A stretch of DNA of 63,978 nucleotides, counting the filler, from Asterionella formosa (Eukaryota), in assembly GCA_002256025.1 (NCBI GenBank). It is 21 parts of 21 records of this genome, joined end to end, with 100 filler letters (N's around TTAATTAATTAA, not from the genome) between each part and the next. Parts side by side here need not be neighbours in the genome. Positions count along the whole stretch, not along the records: positions 60,470 to 62,173 come from NKIB01001428.1; positions 62,274 to 63,978 come from NKIB01001429.1; 19 more parts are not named here. One strand, given 5' to 3'. Made by a program: the position numbers and the translations under genes. The first letter of the stretch is position 1, and the number at the start of each line of letters is the position of its first letter. Of the stretch, positions 60,470 through 63,978 are shown one piece after another. Under the pieces are notes generated by a model. It was not told the origin of the DNA. It searched no databases and worked only from the letters and a program-made list of their open reading frames with translations.

Positions 60470-62173
60470 TCACCACACACATCACACATACTGGTTGTCA
60501 TCAATGTAGAATTGTATGCATCACCAACTTTCACAACTTTGGCTACTTCAATTGCTTCAGTAATGGTTCCAACTTTGGTTTGTGGAATATGATCCTTGTA
60601 TGCAGGTTTAGCTGTCAATTCAAATTCAACTGTAGGTTTGATGACACTTTTTGCCTTCACTGCAGGCATCTCAGTAGCTGATGGTGAAGATGTCAAACCT
60701 TGATTAGAAATTTGCAATGCTAGAAAGTCGAAATTTGTTGTCAGATGCTGCTCAATGTTTGTTATGGTAATCATTTTCGAACTGGTTAAGGAATCATCTA
60801 CAACTTGCAGAATAATTGTTGATGTTTTGTTTGTCTTCAAAATGAGGGCTTCAATGCGCTTAACTTCTAGCTTGATTCTTGAAAATCTTTCGCTTTCTGC
60901 TTGAGTGAAATTGAAACGCCATTGGTTTGTGAATTTCGCTTCTAGCTGAAAAATGCCACCCTGGAAACACCCTAGATTATTATTGTGATCAAAGAAGTGT
61001 GTACCAAACCATTCATGCCAAATCGACAGGTGTCTCAAATGATTCTTATACAGTTCATACCTTGGACATCCATTTTCATTTTTCTTCATGTGAATGGCAC
61101 TAACAGATGTTGACACACTTTGATCATTCAAAGATCTATTACTTTGTATTGATGATGAGGACTATGCAGAGGATGAAAAACCGAAGGATGACAAATGATT
61201 CAAAAGAGACTGTAAGTGTTGTGGTAGAACTAAGCCATCAACTCTGTCGTTCAACTGTGAAAAGTTTGCTCTCATTTCAGAATGCAAATTTGTAAATCGA
61301 TCTCTGACACCAGGTAAAATAGAGTCAATTCTAAGATCCACTGGATCCTGAACCAAATTCAGATGATGACTCATATTCTTTAAAAATTCTTTGAACTCTT
61401 CACAGTTAAACACATCCAATGTGAACAAAAAATGACCCCAACCATTCAATATCATTGTTGCTGCATCTTGCAGAATGACGACACGGAGGCAAGAGAGCAA
61501 ATTAAGAAAAGCAAAGGCGGTAGAATTGGTAGCTGCATCAATAGATTCAATTTTTTTTCAATAAATGGAAAGATTGTTTGTTGCAGGGTCATTGAAGGTT
61601 TGATGTTTGATATGATCTCGTGGCCAAAAAACACTTCCGTTTTCATCTGGATGGTCAGCCATAACACGCATGGCTTTCATTGGCAGTTTAGCTGAATAAA
61701 CATCACGTCGAGTATCCACATTCAAATTTCCAAGGTCATTGATGTTATAGCCATCAAGTTCATCCAATTCTGCTTTGACTGAACCAGCTGATCGACCAAA
61801 ATGCACGAAATGTTTTGAAATAATGCCAAGGTGTCTGTAAGCATTCTTCATGTTACTCGCATATGCTGATCAGTTACTGAAATAGTGTTGTCGAAGCCTC
61901 AAGAATCTGTCAACAGCTTAATATTGAACCAGGCTTTCTTTGAAGTAAAATCAAATGATTATGCTTCTCCACTCTGCATAAATCTTGCCGTTAAATAAAA
62001 TCCAAGAGCACCAATAGCACACTCATTGACATTACGATGTCAAATACAACGTTCATGAAGAGTCTTTAAACCATTTGTTTTCCCAGTAGCAATGCGCATC
62101 ACATGAATTAAAATATCCTCTAGACTATTTTTATCCTTGTGTAACAAGGAACAAATATCGCTAAGTTCGCACT
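60470..62173 (-). mobile_element. Crypton (CryptonF-like) pseudogene: NDC10-II-type tyrosine recombinase region plus GCR1_C-type DNA-binding domain
   Basis: HFVHFGRSAGSVKAE...LGNLNVDTRRDVYSAKLPMKAMRVMA (NDC10-like) and IWHEWFG...GGIFQLEAKFTNQWR...FSRIK (GCR1_C-like); frameshifts and stops. Confidence 0.8.
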
Positions 62174-62439
62174 NNNNNNNNNNNNNNNNNNNNNNNNNNN
62201 NNNNNNNNNNNNNNNNNTTAATTAATTAANNNNNNNNNNNNNNNNNNNNNNNNNNNNNNNNNNNNNNNNNNNNGCAGAGTTCTTGTGGATTTCATCCGAA
62301 TGCTCCTGAATTGAAAGGGTTTTCTGCAATGTCAATTGAATGTAGAGGAAGATCAGTGTGAGTTATCAGTAGCGTTGCTCATATAGCCGTCAAAATAGCG
62401 CAGTAATCTTACCAGAACAACTTCCATTCCGGACCTCAT

Positions 62440-62830
62440 TGTCCCTGCCTGTTGTCAACAACAATGCGTGAGCTGACAAGCCATACTAGCATTTTTCGCC
62501 GACTATTCCGTTGTTTGGTTTTATGGTCCTATGCAGTTACAGAAACAATGAGAAGGAATGATTTGTTAGCAAGTAGTCATGTTACATTGAAACAATGACA
62601 CACAATTCCATCGTATCCTCTTGCTTCACTTACCACAAATCAATGCAACTGATGCATAAGTCTGTAATAGTAACTTGTCAGTAAATTCTTGAATAAGTAA
62701 GTTTCGGGTATCCAATGTTGTTGAATAAAACTTACCGGTACATTTTTGTCATCTTAGCTAACTTTGAGAGAAGGTAAACGTTTTGTCAGCTTTGTTCCAA
62801 CAGAAGTGAATAGGTCCAACGAGTGACAAG
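62440..62830 (-). mobile_element. Diverged internal segment homologous to the GTCTGCAAA-TIR element (19320-19680)
   Basis: Reverse complement ttacagacttatgcatcagttgcattgatttgtggtaagtgaag vs ttacagaaatatgcatcagtaacttcctcaatttgtggtaagtgaag; ctgttggaacaaagctgaca vs ctgttagaaaagctgaca. Confidence 0.6.
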
Positions 62831-63588
62831 AGCACTTACGCAATTTGGTTTTGTTTTACATTGGTGCTCCCCAACAAGCGAAACGAGCTGTTTAATCAAC
62901 TGAGAAAAAAGGAAATGTGGCTGCGTTTAGTTAACAATTTGTTGTTGTGCTGCCTGCCTGCCTCCCAACGATTGTCATCCAAGTACCACGCACATTGATG
63001 GCTTCATTACCTTAAACATTCTCCATCCTTGCTTCGAAGGCGCAATGTGTCGAAGTCACAATGTTTTTCGTTATGTATTGCAAAAAATTTCTTTTCTTGT
63101 CATGTGCTTTACTACTACGTATCTTTTCATGAAGCAGCAGGCATTGTTTGTTAACATGACAGAACGATTTAAAAAATATATAGGCCATGCATATAGAAAT
63201 AAAATTTGTAAATATATATATATATATATAGCGTAATACATTTTATAAAATTCAAAGGCGCTCTCGATATGGAACATCTGATATGGTTGAGATGATCATA
63301 CTCGCATATACATAATTCCAAAATACTCAATGCACTATATGTCTATTGTTTTCCACGACTACGTGTACCGGTATTATCACTGAAATTTGTTTGCATCGAT
63401 ATTTTCTACGTCCGTTGAAACTAATTATTTAGACCGTTCAAATGCCGCAAGGGTTTTGGTAGCAAATTATTTAAGCCCCTTTTTTGGGCGGGAGCTCTTC
63501 ATGTGTACCGGTACATCATATGACAATAACAATGTATCATATATATATACAGGGTACCAGTAGCAGGTAGTAACTGATATACTGGGGG

Positions 63589-63930
63589 TAGTCGGAGTAG
63601 TAAACTAGCAACAGAACACCATATGTTCAAGACTGTTGCTACTGCAGTGGGACAGTAAATCATCATAGTTATAGGATCGTATGATCGTAAAAATATGATC
63701 CAAAAGAACACCATATGTTCATGACTGTTGCTATTGCAGCGGGACAGTAAATCATCATAATTTTAGGATTGTATGATCGTAAAACTAAAAACCAATTGAA
63801 TACCATATTTTCAGGACTGTTGCTACTACCGTGGGACAGTAAATCATCATAGTTCTAGGATTGTATGATCGTAAAACTAAAAACCAATAGTCGGAGTAAT
63901 AAGCAAGCAACAGAACACCATATGTTCTGG
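63589..63930. repeat. Tandem repeat, ~3.4 x 92-98 bp
   Basis: Unit core gactgttgcta.t.c.g.gggacagtaaatcatcata.tt.taggat.gtatgatcgtaaaa at ~63631, 63723 and 63815. Confidence 0.9.
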
Positions 63931-63978
63931 CATACCTACCCGGTAGTTATCATAATATTGCTTTTATGAATTTAACTG

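Overview
This window is not one continuous locus. It is 21 eukaryotic contigs joined by 20 artificial 100-nt linkers (N44-TTAATTAATTAA-N44). Twenty contigs are about 1.7 kb and one is 27.7 kb (9068-36813). Short GT-AG introns, a diatom-type (CoDi-like) copia gag, a PGRL1-like photosynthesis gene fragment and Crypton elements point to a photosynthetic stramenopile, most likely a diatom (inference). Apparently intact host genes: DNA topoisomerase II (3 exons), a TMEM94-like P-type-ATPase-related membrane protein (3 exons), a histidine phosphatase, a GT23/FUT8-like fucosyltransferase and a class IV aminotransferase-like protein. Partial genes: a bubblegum-type acyl-CoA synthetase, an LRR protein, a PGRL1-like fragment and five variant copies of a HECT E3 ligase with an unusual triple N-terminal repeat. 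Much of the remainder is decayed mobile DNA: copia and gypsy LTR elements, Harbinger, Kolobok/Mutator-like, two Crypton types, an unclassified GTCTGCAAA-TIR family and foldback or hairpin elements. The best leads are (i) a copia gag-protease junction with an in-frame UGA followed by a stem-loop, suggesting readthrough; (ii) mosaic HECT copies whose frameshift sits on an in-phase A_AAA_AAC slippery heptamer; (iii) LRR repeats identical in DNA except at the exposed positions; and (iv) the unclassified TIR family. No database searches were run; family calls come from motif recognition only.
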